Shown here piece after piece: positions 49,320 to 58,872 of a stretch of 64,000 bases of DNA. This DNA is from Bradymonadia bacterium. GTDB lineage: Bacteria > Myxococcota_A > Bradymonadia > UBA7976 > UBA1532. The notes under the pieces were generated by a model. It did no database searches and was not told where the DNA came from. It saw only the letters and a list, made by a program, of their open reading frames with translations. The stretch spans positions 64,001-128,000 of the forward strand of contig JBKAGE010000034.1 in assembly GCA_046290225.1 (NCBI GenBank). Reading direction: 5' to 3'. Each line of letters starts with the position of its first letter. Position 1 is the stretch's first letter. The position numbers and the translations under genes were made by a program.

Positions 49320-50735
49320 ATGGCCCAGAAGAAGTTTCCTGATTACGTCCCCCCCACCCAAGTCGCCTATCGCCCCTCGGGTACGACACTGCACTTGCGC
49401 AAGTGCAGGATCGCTCTGGAGCGTGGGGGTGAGTGGGAAGAGCGCATCTTCGACCAGGCGGTCATCACCGTGGGCGCCATGGACGACAACGACATCGTGC
49501 TCGACGACGACACGGTGAGTCGCTACCACTGCCGCATCTACCAGGAAGATGACGCATACGTGTTGCAGGACCTCGGCAGCACCAACGGCACCTTCATCAA
49601 CAACGTGCGGGTGAAAGAGGGTTACCTGACCCCAGGCTGCACCATCACCCTCGGCAAGACAGCCATGGTGTTTCACGCCGTGGACGAGCGCGTGGAGATC
49701 CGCCCCTCGGACAGCGAGCGGTTTGGCAGCATCATCGGCACCAACGTCAAAATGCGGGAGCTCTTCGGCATCCTGGAGAAGATCGCCCCTACGAGCACCA
49801 CGGTGGTGATCGAGGGCGAGACCGGGACCGGCAAAGAGGTCGTGGCACAGACGATCCACCAGAAGTCCACCCGGGCCGAGAAGCCCTTCGTGGTCTTCGA
49901 CTGCTCGGCGGTGCCCGAGAACCTCATCGAGTCGGAGCTGTTCGGCCACGAGAAAGGATCCTTCACCGGGGCCATCATGGCCCGGCAAGGGGTCTTCGAG
50001 ATGGCGAATGGCGGCACCATCTTCCTCGACGAGCTCGGTGAGCTGTCACTGGAACTGCAGCCAAAGCTCCTCCGAGTCCTCGAGACCCGAGAGGTCCGTC
50101 GGGTGGGTGGTACCCGCGCGGCGAAGGTCGACGTCCGGGTCATCGCAGCGACGAACCGCCACCTCGAAGACGAGGTCCGCGCCGGTCGCTTCCGTGAAGA
50201 TCTGTTCTACCGCCTGAGCGTGGTCCGGCTGTTCCTGCCCGCGCTCCGCGAGCGCAAGGAAGACGTGCCCCTTCTGGTCAAGCACTTCCTCAGCGAGGGT
50301 CAGTTCAACAAGGCCATCGACGGCAGCCAGCGCCTCAAGGGCACCACCTCAGAAGCCCTAGAAGCCCTGGTGGGCTATGACTGGCCTGGCAACGTCCGCG
50401 AGCTGCTCAACGTGATGGAGCGGGCCTGCAGTTTCGCCGAGACGGATCTGATCCGCCCCGAGGATCTGCCCCAACACATCCTGGGCTCGGGTCACGTGCA
50501 CCGCCTGAACACCCTCAAGCCTCAGCTCCTGCCCGACGCCGAGGCCGACGTGACCGATCTGGGCACGTTCAAAGAGGCCAAGGAGCAGTGGGTGGCCACC
50601 TTCGAGCGGGATTACATCCTCAACCTGCTCAAGCAGAACGACTTCAACATCAGTCACGCAGCCCGCGCTGCGGAGATCGACCGCAAGTACTTCCGCAAAC
50701 TCATGAAGAAGTACGGCATCCAACACGACGACTGA
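49320..50735 (+). CDS. FHA-domain sigma54-dependent enhancer-binding protein
   Basis: FHA (VSRYH, STNGT); GETGTGKE, ESELFGHEKGSFTGA, FLDE, FREDLFYRL, WPGNVREL; Fis-type HTH. Confidence 0.95.
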   Translation: MAQKKFPDYVPPTQVAYRPSGTTLHLRKCRIALERGGEWEERIFDQAVITVGAMDDNDIVLDDDTVSRYHCRIYQEDDAYVLQDLGSTNGTFINNVRVKEGYLTPGCTITLGKTAMVFHAVDERVEIRPSDSERFGSIIGTNVKMRELFGILEKIAPTSTTVVIEGETGTGKEVVAQTIHQKSTRAEKPFVVFDCSAVPENLIESELFGHEKGSFTGAIMARQGVFEMANGGTIFLDELGELSLELQPKLLRVLETREVRRVGGTRAAKVDVRVIAATNRHLEDEVRAGRFREDLFYRLSVVRLFLPALRERKEDVPLLVKHFLSEGQFNKAIDGSQRLKGTTSEALEALVGYDWPGNVRELLNVMERACSFAETDLIRPEDLPQHILGSGHVHRLNTLKPQLLPDAEADVTDLGTFKEAKEQWVATFERDYILNLLKQNDFNISHAARAAEIDRKYFRKLMKKYGIQHDD

Positions 50736-50741
50736 TCCTTT

Positions 50742-50765
50742 GCTCCGCCGCCGTAGCGGCGGAGC
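50742..50765. terminator. GC-rich hairpin between convergent genes (possible terminator)
   Basis: GCTCCGCCGC-CGTA-GCGGCGGAGC, perfect 10-bp stem; no clear U-tract. Confidence 0.55.
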
Positions 50766-52670
50766 CTAAAAGGAATGACGTAGGGTGGAGACCTGGCCTG
50801 CCTTGATGGTCACCGTGCGCATCTCAGTGCGGCCATCCGCCGTCTTGAGACGGATGCGGTGCTTGCCAGGGGGCAGCGGGTGTCGGATCAAGGGAGTATT
50901 CTTGTTCAGGTTCTTGCCATCTACACTCACCCATGACCAGGGCAAGGTGCTCACGTTCAAGAACCCGGGCTTGCCCGCGACGGGAGCCTCTGGAGACTTC
51001 ACGCGGCGCTTGCGACGCCGTTGGGGCCGCTTCACCGAAGTCGTCGCCACCCCCTTCTTCACCACCTCGCTCTTCGCAGTGGCCGTACCTGCATCAGGCG
51101 TCGAAGTGGCGAGCACCTCAGGATCAGGCTGAGGCGGCTCGACCGCCCCAGCATCAGGGCTCGTCTCTGCCACCATCTCCGCATCAGGACTGTCGGCCAC
51201 CGGCACGACAACCTCCGTGGATGGTAGAGGCTTGTCTTGCTGATCTTTGGGCCCACCGGCAGCGAGCAGAGGGGCCTCAGGCGGCGCCGTCTTCACCACG
51301 TGATTGCCTTCGCCGCCCCCTGGGCCAGAGAAGACAAAAGCCAACACCGCCCCGGCGATCAACGCGGCTGCGATGCCGAACCAGACCAGACCTTTTCGGC
51401 GGGGCTTGCTCTCTGGTTGGGGGAACGGGTGGCTGCCCTTCGCCGCGAGATCGAGACTGCCCGTGCCGTTGGAGAGGTGGGTGAGGCGATCGATTTGCGG
51501 ATCGAAGTGCCCACTCGGCAACGAAGCCGCAGAAGACACCTCACCGGAGAAGTCCAAATCGTCGTCGCCGTCGGGGCTCGCTGCGACCAGGCCTTTCGGG
51601 GGCGCCTCCCGAGCGAGGAAGCGGGCCAGATCTCGAGGGCCGAACTGCGGGCTGAGCTCTTTGAGTGCCACCACCAGCAGTTTCGAAAACTCACGGGCGC
51701 TCTGAAAACGCCCTGCGGGATCCTTGCGCAGCGCCCGCATCACGATGGCGTCCACCCTTGGGGGGATGCCCGGGACGATCTTGCTCGGAGGCGCCGCCTG
51801 CTTCCTGAGAATCTGCTCGTAGACCTGAAACTCGTTCTGCCCGCGGAAAGGCAGGCGCCCCGTGAGCATCTTGTAGAGCGTCAGCCCGAGGCTGAAGACG
51901 TCGGAGCGCGGATCCACCGGCTTGGCCAGGGCCTGCTCCGGGCTCATGTACTGGAGCTTGCCTTTGATCACACCGCTGCGGGTAGAGGCCTGATTGTGAG
52001 AGGCCTTGGCCACACCGAAGTCGGTGAGCTTCACCGCACCGTTCCAACCCACCAGGATGTTGTGGGGGCTCACGTCGCGGTGGATGATGTGGAGCGGCTC
52101 GCCTGATGCGTCTTCTTGGATGTGTGCAGCGTGGAGCCCGTCGGCGATGCACCGGGCTACATAGAGCGCCGAGGGCAACGACATCGCCTTGCCCCGATCG
52201 CGCAGCGTGCGGAGCACGTCGGACAGATCGACGCCGTCGATGTATTCCATGGCGATGAAGTGGAGCCCGTCGGCCTCGCCCTGGTCGTACACGCGGGCCA
52301 CGTGCGGGTGATCGATGGCCGAGGCGATCTGCGCCTCGTCTCGGAGCATGCGCACGAAGTTCTGGTCTTCAGCGTGGTGCGGCAAGATCCGCTTGAGCGC
52401 CATCACATCCGGATGGCCCTCTGGTGGAGATGCCTCTGCTCGACGCGCGAGGAAGACCTCGGCCATGCCCCCCTTCCCGAGGGCGCGGGTCAGTTGATAA
52501 GGGCCGAACCGCTCCCCATCTGCCGCAGCCTGCTGCTCACTCTCGTCGTCGAGCAGTAGGTCTTCCAGTGCCACCTCTTCGATCTCCTCGAAAGCCTCGT
52601 CGGCCTCGATGACCTCGGGCGGCAGGACAGGTGGTATCGAGTTGGGGGTGGAGGAATCGCTCACGTACAC
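50766..52670 (-). CDS. Ser/Thr protein kinase with TM and C-terminal PEGA domain
   Basis: GKGGMAEV, ALKRIL, HRDVSPHN, DFGVAK, GKLQYMSPEQ; STLPWSWVSVDG; start uncertain (52664-52700). Confidence 0.93.
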   Translation of the reverse strand: MYVSDSSTPNSIPPVLPPEVIEADEAFEEIEEVALEDLLLDDESEQQAAADGERFGPYQLTRALGKGGMAEVFLARRAEASPPEGHPDVMALKRILPHHAEDQNFVRMLRDEAQIASAIDHPHVARVYDQGEADGLHFIAMEYIDGVDLSDVLRTLRDRGKAMSLPSALYVARCIADGLHAAHIQEDASGEPLHIIHRDVSPHNILVGWNGAVKLTDFGVAKASHNQASTRSGVIKGKLQYMSPEQALAKPVDPRSDVFSLGLTLYKMLTGRLPFRGQNEFQVYEQILRKQAAPPSKIVPGIPPRVDAIVMRALRKDPAGRFQSAREFSKLLVVALKELSPQFGPRDLARFLAREAPPKGLVAASPDGDDDLDFSGEVSSAASLPSGHFDPQIDRLTHLSNGTGSLDLAAKGSHPFPQPESKPRRKGLVWFGIAAALIAGAVLAFVFSGPGGGEGNHVVKTAPPEAPLLAAGGPKDQQDKPLPSTEVVVPVADSPDAEMVAETSPDAGAVEPPQPDPEVLATSTPDAGTATAKSEVVKKGVATTSVKRPQRRRKRRVKSPEAPVAGKPGFLNVSTLPWSWVSVDGKNLNKNTPLIRHPLPPGKHRIRLKTADGRTEMRTVTIKAGQVSTLRHSF

Positions 52671-52872
52671 TCTCTCGCGCGGCGCGCGGGCAATCAGCAA
52701 AAGACCGAATCCGGAGATCCTTCGCTCACTTCGAGCCCACAGCGTACTCGCGGGCCAACATAGAAATAACAGAACAGCCGCCCAAGTACCAGCAGGGGTC
52801 AGAAGGACTAAGCGGCCAGATATACCATCAGCCCACTTGCCCTGAGCGCTGATTCGTGCGAATCAACCGCCC

Positions 52873-53409
52873 GTGATCGAGCCACTCACCAGAAAACGAC
52901 CCGCCGCCCAGCCTCGCACCAACGAGGGTGAGGCTCCTACGGCCTATGTCTTCCAGGATGTCCTGGAGGAGATCAGGTTCAATGGGGGCTACAGCCCGCG
53001 TCAGATCGCCGGGGGCCTGCTCTTCGGCCGCCACTTCAAGTGCGACGAATGGGGCAGCAGCTATGTTGAGGTCGCCGGCTTCGTCGCTGCGACCCACTGT
53101 GGCGATGTCCCGGGGTTCATCAACCACTTCCGCACCCAGTGGAAGTCCGCTGGCGCAACCCTGCGGTACCAATTTCCCGATGACGAGGTCGTCGGGTGGT
53201 TCCTCGCAGCGCCCGAGGGTTTCACCCCGGAGAGCACAGAGCAGATGGACCAGGACGTCTACCTGCTCCACAGCACCTTCCTTCAGCAGCCCTGGCAGGT
53301 GGGCCTCTGGGTGCAGGGCAAAGAGAGCCCTCCCCTTGCGTTGAGCCGCATGAGTGGTCGACTGCACAGCATCGAGGCCGCCCTCGTTCGCCGGATTCCC
53401 ACCCCTTGA
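52873..53409 (+). CDS. Hypothetical protein, degenerate JAB/MPN-like
   Basis: GGLLFG...YVEV...EVVGWF...D..LH..F..PWQV pattern, but the JAMM HxH is absent. Confidence 0.55.
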   Translation: MIEPLTRKRPAAQPRTNEGEAPTAYVFQDVLEEIRFNGGYSPRQIAGGLLFGRHFKCDEWGSSYVEVAGFVAATHCGDVPGFINHFRTQWKSAGATLRYQFPDDEVVGWFLAAPEGFTPESTEQMDQDVYLLHSTFLQQPWQVGLWVQGKESPPLALSRMSGRLHSIEAALVRRIPTP

Positions 53410-53514
53410 TTGACAGCATGGGGCTGTCGGGATAAGACACCGGCCAGTCCATCGAACCCGCGTCGTGGTGCGTGTAGAGCACACCCACGACGTCCTCACC
53501 ACACGGAGATCTCG

Positions 53515-53874
53515 ATGATCGGTCCCGGCACCACCGTCCGCGGCAACATCTCTGGCGCAGAAGACCTCACCGTCGAGGGACGCGTCGAGGGCAGCATTCG
53601 CCTCGACGCCGATCTCACCGTGGCCAACGGCGCTCATCTCGCCGCCGACATCGACGCCCACAAGGTCGACGTCTCGGGGCGCATCGAAGGTGCCGTGAAC
53701 GCATCTGATTCGATCACCATCGATCGCGACGCTGTGGTCGTCGGTGACGTGACCACCAAGCGGCTGGTCATCGAAGAGGGCGCCCGGTTCAAGGGCCGCA
53801 TCACCATGGACGTCGACATCCCCGGCCTCGAGGCCCGCGGTGATGCCCGCGCCACCGGCGGCCGTCGCCGCTGA
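53515..53874 (+). CDS. Bactofilin (BacN-like)
   Basis: IGPGTTVRGNISGAEDLTVEGRVEGSI...VIEEGARFKGRITM; GGAG RBS. Confidence 0.9.
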   Translation: MIGPGTTVRGNISGAEDLTVEGRVEGSIRLDADLTVANGAHLAADIDAHKVDVSGRIEGAVNASDSITIDRDAVVVGDVTTKRLVIEEGARFKGRITMDVDIPGLEARGDARATGGRRR

Positions 53875-53907
53875 TCCTGACACCATTTACCGGAGAGCAG
53901 TAACACC

Positions 53908-54228
53908 ATGGCGAACACCGTGATCGGCAGCTCCATCGTCATCGATGGTGAGATGACCAGCAGCGAGACCCTCGTGGTCCAGGGCACCATCAAGGGCAAG
54001 GTTCAGACCAGCGAAGGGGTGTTCATCGAGAACTCCGCTCGGGTCGACGCCGACGTCGAAGCCGAAAACGTCGAGATCGGCGGCGAGCTCACCGGCAACG
54101 TGAGCGCCGGCGGCAGGGTCGAGATCAAGGCTGAGGGCAAGATGGTGGGCGACGTCCGCTCCCCCCGCATCCTCATCGCCGACGGGGCCCTCTTCAAGGG
54201 CAACATCGACATGGATGTGGAGCGCTGA
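53908..54228 (+). CDS. Bactofilin (BacO-like)
   Basis: MANTVIGSSIVIDGE...IADGALFKGNIDM. Confidence 0.92.
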   Translation: MANTVIGSSIVIDGEMTSSETLVVQGTIKGKVQTSEGVFIENSARVDADVEAENVEIGGELTGNVSAGGRVEIKAEGKMVGDVRSPRILIADGALFKGNIDMDVER

Positions 54229-54230
54229 TT

Positions 54231-54815
54231 ATGGCGGGCGCTTCTACCGTCATTGCCTCCGGGACCGAAATCAACGGTCAGATCGAAGGCGCTGAAGACA
54301 TCGACGTCCAGGGCACCGTGCGCGGCAGCATCCGCCTCGACGCCAACCTCGTCGTATTCGCCGAAGGCCGTGTCGAGGCCGACGTCGAGGCTCACGCCGT
54401 CACCGTGCACGGCATTCTCGCCGGCAATGTCACCGCCCGTGACGTCGTCGAGCTCACCGCCGGTGCCAAGGTACTCGGCGATCTCACTGCCCCCACCATC
54501 ATCCTCGAAGAGGGCGCGGCCTACGCCGGTCTCCTCGACACGGGGAACGTCGATGACGAGGGTGGCCGCAGCACAAGCAGTCGCAGCTCCAGTGGTCGAG
54601 GCAACCGCAGCTCCAGCAGCCGCAGCAGTCGTGCTCCCGAGCGCGCCCCTGTACGTGCGCCGGAGCCGGAGCCCGAGCCAGAGGCCGAGAAAGAGCCTGT
54701 GCCGCCGAAGCCCAGCCGCGTCTCGAAGAGCAAAGGCAAGGACAAGGCCGCCGAAGAGCCTGAGTTGCCGGCAACTGCCACCAAGAAAAAAGTCAACGTC
54801 AAGAAGCGCTCATGA
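54231..54815 (+). CDS. Bactofilin with Ser/Pro/Lys-rich tail (BacP-like)
   Basis: Bactofilin domain followed by a disordered tail ending KKKVNVKKRS. Confidence 0.9.
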   Translation: MAGASTVIASGTEINGQIEGAEDIDVQGTVRGSIRLDANLVVFAEGRVEADVEAHAVTVHGILAGNVTARDVVELTAGAKVLGDLTAPTIILEEGAAYAGLLDTGNVDDEGGRSTSSRSSSGRGNRSSSSRSSRAPERAPVRAPEPEPEPEAEKEPVPPKPSRVSKSKGKDKAAEEPELPATATKKKVNVKKRS

Positions 54816-55384
54816 GCCTGCCCTCCCCTGATCGGCAGCGACTGCTCGAGCTGCTCAAGGCACTCTCCTTCGCTCGCCGAGATGTGGTGCTGGCCTCAGG
54901 GCAGTCGAGCAACGTCTACATCGACTGCAAGCAGACTGCGCTGCACCCTGAGGGTGCATGGCACCTCGGCGGCCTCATGCTCGAGGCAGTACAGGGCATC
55001 GAGGCCCGCACGGGGCTCACCGCTGGCGCAGTAGGCGGGATGACCCTCGGGGCTGATCCCCTCGCCACCGCCGTGAGCCTGGCAGGCTTCCGCGCTGGGC
55101 GACACCTCCCTGCCTTCATCGTACGCAAGACCCAAAAGGGCCACGGCACCGACCAGTGGCTCGAGGGTCAAAAGAACATGCCGGCGGACGGTGGAGTCGT
55201 TTTGCTCGAAGATGTGGTCACCACTGGGGGCAGCACGCTGTCCGCTTTGGAACGTTGTCGCGTTTCGGGCTTGAAACCCTTCGGAGTCGTCGCCATCGTC
55301 GATCGCGGTGCCGGCGGCATCGAGCGTCTCGCTGAAGAGGGGCTCGACGTGCAGGCGTTGTATCGGCTCAGCGACTTCGAATGA
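54812..55384 (+). CDS. pyrE: Orotate phosphoribosyltransferase
   Basis: LASGQ.S..YIDCK, GGMTLGADP, VRK..KGHG, LEDVVTTGGS, IVDR. Confidence 0.95.
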   Translation: MSLPSPDRQRLLELLKALSFARRDVVLASGQSSNVYIDCKQTALHPEGAWHLGGLMLEAVQGIEARTGLTAGAVGGMTLGADPLATAVSLAGFRAGRHLPAFIVRKTQKGHGTDQWLEGQKNMPADGGVVLLEDVVTTGGSTLSALERCRVSGLKPFGVVAIVDRGAGGIERLAEEGLDVQALYRLSDFE

Positions 55385-56028
55385 TGCATCCCCTCAGTGG
55401 TTTTCTGCCGTCGAGAGCGTGTCCCCAACGGGTGGCGCCCGCTCGACCCCTCCTCGCGGCGCTCGTGGCCCTGACACTCTCTGCATGTGGCAGTGCCCCC
55501 ACACCTCAGTGGTCACCTGGTGAAGCCAGGGTCGAGAGCTACGACACCGCCTACCATCAGTGGACCCGTGAAGGGGTGCACTACAACCAGCTCGACGCCA
55601 AAGCCACGGCCTACGCCACATATCTGTCGCCGAGTTTCATGGCCGCCCTGGTGGATCACCAGGCTGAGGTCGAGGCGCTGACCAGCTCTGCGCGGCAGGC
55701 TCGGCGGACGGCGGCAGTGGGCGAGGCAGAAGCCAAGGCCCAGTTCATGTTGAGCATCTCCACTCAGGAGATGCAGTGGGACGATCTCGATCTGCCCAAC
55801 AACACGCTGCGGGTGGTGTTGCTCGAAGGCGACAAAGAGGTGAAGTACAGCGAGTTGAGGCGTCTCGGTCGGCGTGAGGCCACCGTCATGCGCATCTACT
55901 ATCCGCACTTCAGCCCACTGACCAACGCCTACGTCGTCACCTTCCCCGCCCCCACGAACCCCAAGGACGTCACACTGCGGATCGCTGGCCCGCCGGGCCA
56001 CATCGATTTGCGCTGGAAGAGCCGATGA
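55381..56028 (+). CDS. Hypothetical lipoprotein
   Basis: Lipobox LSA|C; coupled to pyrE and the hydrolase by ATGA overlaps. Confidence 0.7.
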   Translation: MMHPLSGFLPSRACPQRVAPARPLLAALVALTLSACGSAPTPQWSPGEARVESYDTAYHQWTREGVHYNQLDAKATAYATYLSPSFMAALVDHQAEVEALTSSARQARRTAAVGEAEAKAQFMLSISTQEMQWDDLDLPNNTLRVVLLEGDKEVKYSELRRLGRREATVMRIYYPHFSPLTNAYVVTFPAPTNPKDVTLRIAGPPGHIDLRWKSR

Positions 56029-56939
56029 CCACCACCTCAGAGTCTGCCGCCAGCCCCGTGATCTCTCGCAGCGCCAAAGCCAATGACGGCACGACGCTGC
56101 GCTACACCGTCACTGGTGAAGGGCCCATCGACATCCTGCTCTGCGACGGCATCGGCTGCTCGGGTTTCATCTGGCGGTTCCTCGCCCCTCACCTTCGTGA
56201 AGGGGCTCGCGTCCTCCATCCCCATATGCGGGGGCACGGCGACAGCGACGCCCCGATGGATCCTCTGGCTTACTCCATCGCCGGGGTCGCCGATGATCAG
56301 GCGCTGATTCTCGATCAAGAGGGTGTGGAGTCTGCTTGGGTGCTCGGCCACAGCATGGGGGTTCAGGTGGCCCTAGAGCTCTGGTACCGGCACCGACACC
56401 GGGTCAAAGGCTTGATCCTGATTTGTGGCAGCTACGAGAACCCCGTGGCCACGTTCCACAACCAGGGTGCGCTCAACAAGATGATGCCGTGGATCAGGTT
56501 GCTGGCGCCCCGGGTGCACAAACCCCTCAAAGCGTTCTGGCAGACCATGCTGCCCACGGAACTCTCGCTGAAGTTCGCCCTGGCCACAGAGATCGATGGC
56601 GACCGTGTCGATCGGGACGACGTGATGCGCTACCTGCGCGATCTGTCTCAGATCGACCCGGTGGTCTTCCTGCATATGTTGGGGGGGGCCGAGGGGCACT
56701 CAGCGGCGGCCTATCTCGGACAGATCGATGTGCCCGTGATGGTCATCGCCGGTGATCAAGACAAGTTCACACCGGCCTGGCTCTCTCGCCAGATGGCCCA
56801 GCGCATTCCCACTTCGACCTACCATGAGATAGAGGGTGGTACGCACACCGCGCCGGTGGAGCAGCCTGAGCTCTTCGAGCAGCTCATCGACACTTTCATG
56901 GGCGATGTGGAGCGAGCGGGTCAAGGCATCGAGGCCTGA
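56025..56939 (+). CDS. Alpha/beta-fold hydrolase
   Basis: RGHGDS, GHSMG nucleophile elbow, GDQD, GGTH. Confidence 0.92.
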   Translation: MTTTSESAASPVISRSAKANDGTTLRYTVTGEGPIDILLCDGIGCSGFIWRFLAPHLREGARVLHPHMRGHGDSDAPMDPLAYSIAGVADDQALILDQEGVESAWVLGHSMGVQVALELWYRHRHRVKGLILICGSYENPVATFHNQGALNKMMPWIRLLAPRVHKPLKAFWQTMLPTELSLKFALATEIDGDRVDRDDVMRYLRDLSQIDPVVFLHMLGGAEGHSAAAYLGQIDVPVMVIAGDQDKFTPAWLSRQMAQRIPTSTYHEIEGGTHTAPVEQPELFEQLIDTFMGDVERAGQGIEA

Positions 56940-56943
56940 GTCC

Positions 56944-57321
56944 TCAATCGTCGTAGAACAGGCTGTCTCGCAGCTGCTCGATGAATCGATCGATGCGGCT
57001 CTGCGTGTGGGGATCGAGATCGATGAACTGGATCCCCATGCCACAGGGCATGTCGTCGGTGAACTCGTTGAGCTCACGGACCCACCGCACCTTCCCCTTC
57101 ACCAAAATCGGCTCCGGATCAGGGTGGAGCGTGAACTTGAACTCCAGAATCGACCCCATGTCGATGATCTGCGAGGTGGCGATGAAGAGCCCACCTTCAG
57201 AGATGTTCCGGGTGAAGCCGGTGTAGAAGTTGTGCTCGCTGTTGATGTCGACCTCGATCTGCAAATCGAGGCGCGCGTGCTGCCTACCCTCGAGGGCTGC
57301 CTGGGCTGCCTGACTGCTCAT
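56944..57321 (-). CDS. PilZ-domain protein (TIGR02266 myxobacterial type)
   Basis: RQHAR, NFYTGFTRNISEGGLFIAT, VRWVR, GMGIQF; start ATG 57321. Confidence 0.88.
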   Translation of the reverse strand: MSSQAAQAALEGRQHARLDLQIEVDINSEHNFYTGFTRNISEGGLFIATSQIIDMGSILEFKFTLHPDPEPILVKGKVRWVRELNEFTDDMPCGMGIQFIDLDPHTQSRIDRFIEQLRDSLFYDD

Positions 57322-57506
57322 AACACCGCTCCACTGCGGCAGCGTCGCGATGCGCCTCGGAAATGAGATCGCACCTGGCGCCACCTTGGTTCGCTTACGT
57401 CGATCGAAACGGCCGTTGAGGGGGTGTGCTTGAGATATGGGGGGTATGGAACACCCGGGGGTACGAGAAGACCCGGGAGTCGCTGGATACCTCTCCAGAC
57501 AGTGAC

Positions 57507-58802
57507 TCAGTAGCCGTCGGCTTCGAGCTCGATCTTGAACAGCTGCTGGCCGAGGAGGATGAGATCTCCACCGGTGAGGGAGAACTCTTCGCGGATGCGC
57601 AGGTAGGTGCCGTTGCTGCTGCCAAGGTCGAGCAGCCACGCAGCGGCTTCACGCCAGGAGAGGCGACAGTGGGTGCCGCTGATGAAGCCATCTTCTGGGA
57701 AGATGATGTCACCCCGCTCCCGACCGAGGATCTCCTCAGGCTGGTGCAGAGTCCACACACCGGCGGTGGTATCCACAGCCACCAGGGCGGAGATGCGACC
57801 CCATGCGCCTCTGAGGGGCGAGCCCAGGACCGTGGTGCCATCACCGGCGCCGGGGAGGATGGGCAGCACCTTGGACATCTCCTCGAAGCAGAAGAGCTCC
57901 TGTCCGATGCGGAACTGATCACCGTGGATCAGCTGCACCTCGCTCTTGATGCGCACGAAGACGCCATTGAGGCTGTCTTCGTCCCGAACCGAGAGGCCCT
58001 TTGCCCCGATCGTGAACGTGGCATGCCGAGGCGACAGGAACGGATCCTGCGAGAAGATGAGGGAGCTGTGACCCCGCCCCACGGTGATCTCGGGACCATC
58101 GAGGGGAAAGACGTCTCCCTGGCTGCCATCGGGACGAATCACCACCAGGCGCGCCATCGGGGTGCCGCCCACAGCGGTGGGCGTGGGCTCGATGGGGGCA
58201 GCTGGGGCCTCTCCACCGGGGGCTCGGGCGCCACAGACACCACAGAACCGGAAACCCTCGGGCACGATGGCTCCACACTGATGGCACGGCCGACCGCCAG
58301 CGGCCCCTTCAGAAGACGCCGACGACTCTGGTGATGCAGCCTCTGCCCCAGGTGACAGATCGAGCAGATCATCGTTGAAAGGACTCTCGTCCTCAGCAGT
58401 CACTGGAGGGGCGATGTCGAACCCGTTTTCCCCCACCGGCAACGGCTGAGCAGCGGGAGGCGCGACTTGCGGCACGGGGGCCGGCTGAGGCACTGGAGCA
58501 GGTGGGGGCATTTCGAGCGCCTTGGCGTTGGCCTGGCTCACCCGCGCTTGCACCACCACCGAGGGTACGGCGGCTGTGGTGATCGCCGAAACTTCAGGCT
58601 CGACGACTGTGGCACTGGGGGTCGCATTGGGGATGGCCTTGGGCAATGCCGTGGGCACAGGCGTCGCCTTGGGCAGCGCCGTGGGCAGAGGAGTACCAGG
58701 CTTGCCGGGCACCCGGGAGGAGGCCGACAGCTCGGTGCCGCACCCCAAGCAGAACTTGTAGTGATCTTCGTTCTCACGATCACAGTTGGGGCAGATGATC
58801 AA
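57507..58802 (-). CDS. Zinc-ribbon plus tandem FHA-domain protein
   Basis: CPNC..FCLGC and CHQC..FCGVC ribbons; Pro/Ala linker; two FHA domains (GR..SPRHA..SLNG; GR..SGTH..SSNGT); TTG start. Confidence 0.88.
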   Translation of the reverse strand: MIICPNCDRENEDHYKFCLGCGTELSASSRVPGKPGTPLPTALPKATPVPTALPKAIPNATPSATVVEPEVSAITTAAVPSVVVQARVSQANAKALEMPPPAPVPQPAPVPQVAPPAAQPLPVGENGFDIAPPVTAEDESPFNDDLLDLSPGAEAASPESSASSEGAAGGRPCHQCGAIVPEGFRFCGVCGARAPGGEAPAAPIEPTPTAVGGTPMARLVVIRPDGSQGDVFPLDGPEITVGRGHSSLIFSQDPFLSPRHATFTIGAKGLSVRDEDSLNGVFVRIKSEVQLIHGDQFRIGQELFCFEEMSKVLPILPGAGDGTTVLGSPLRGAWGRISALVAVDTTAGVWTLHQPEEILGRERGDIIFPEDGFISGTHCRLSWREAAAWLLDLGSSNGTYLRIREEFSLTGGDLILLGQQLFKIELEADGY

Positions 58803-58872
58803 AGCGCTCTCCGGTGCATCACCCCCAGGAGGGGCTCAGAGTTGGGACCGTGGATCGACCGCATGAGCGTAC

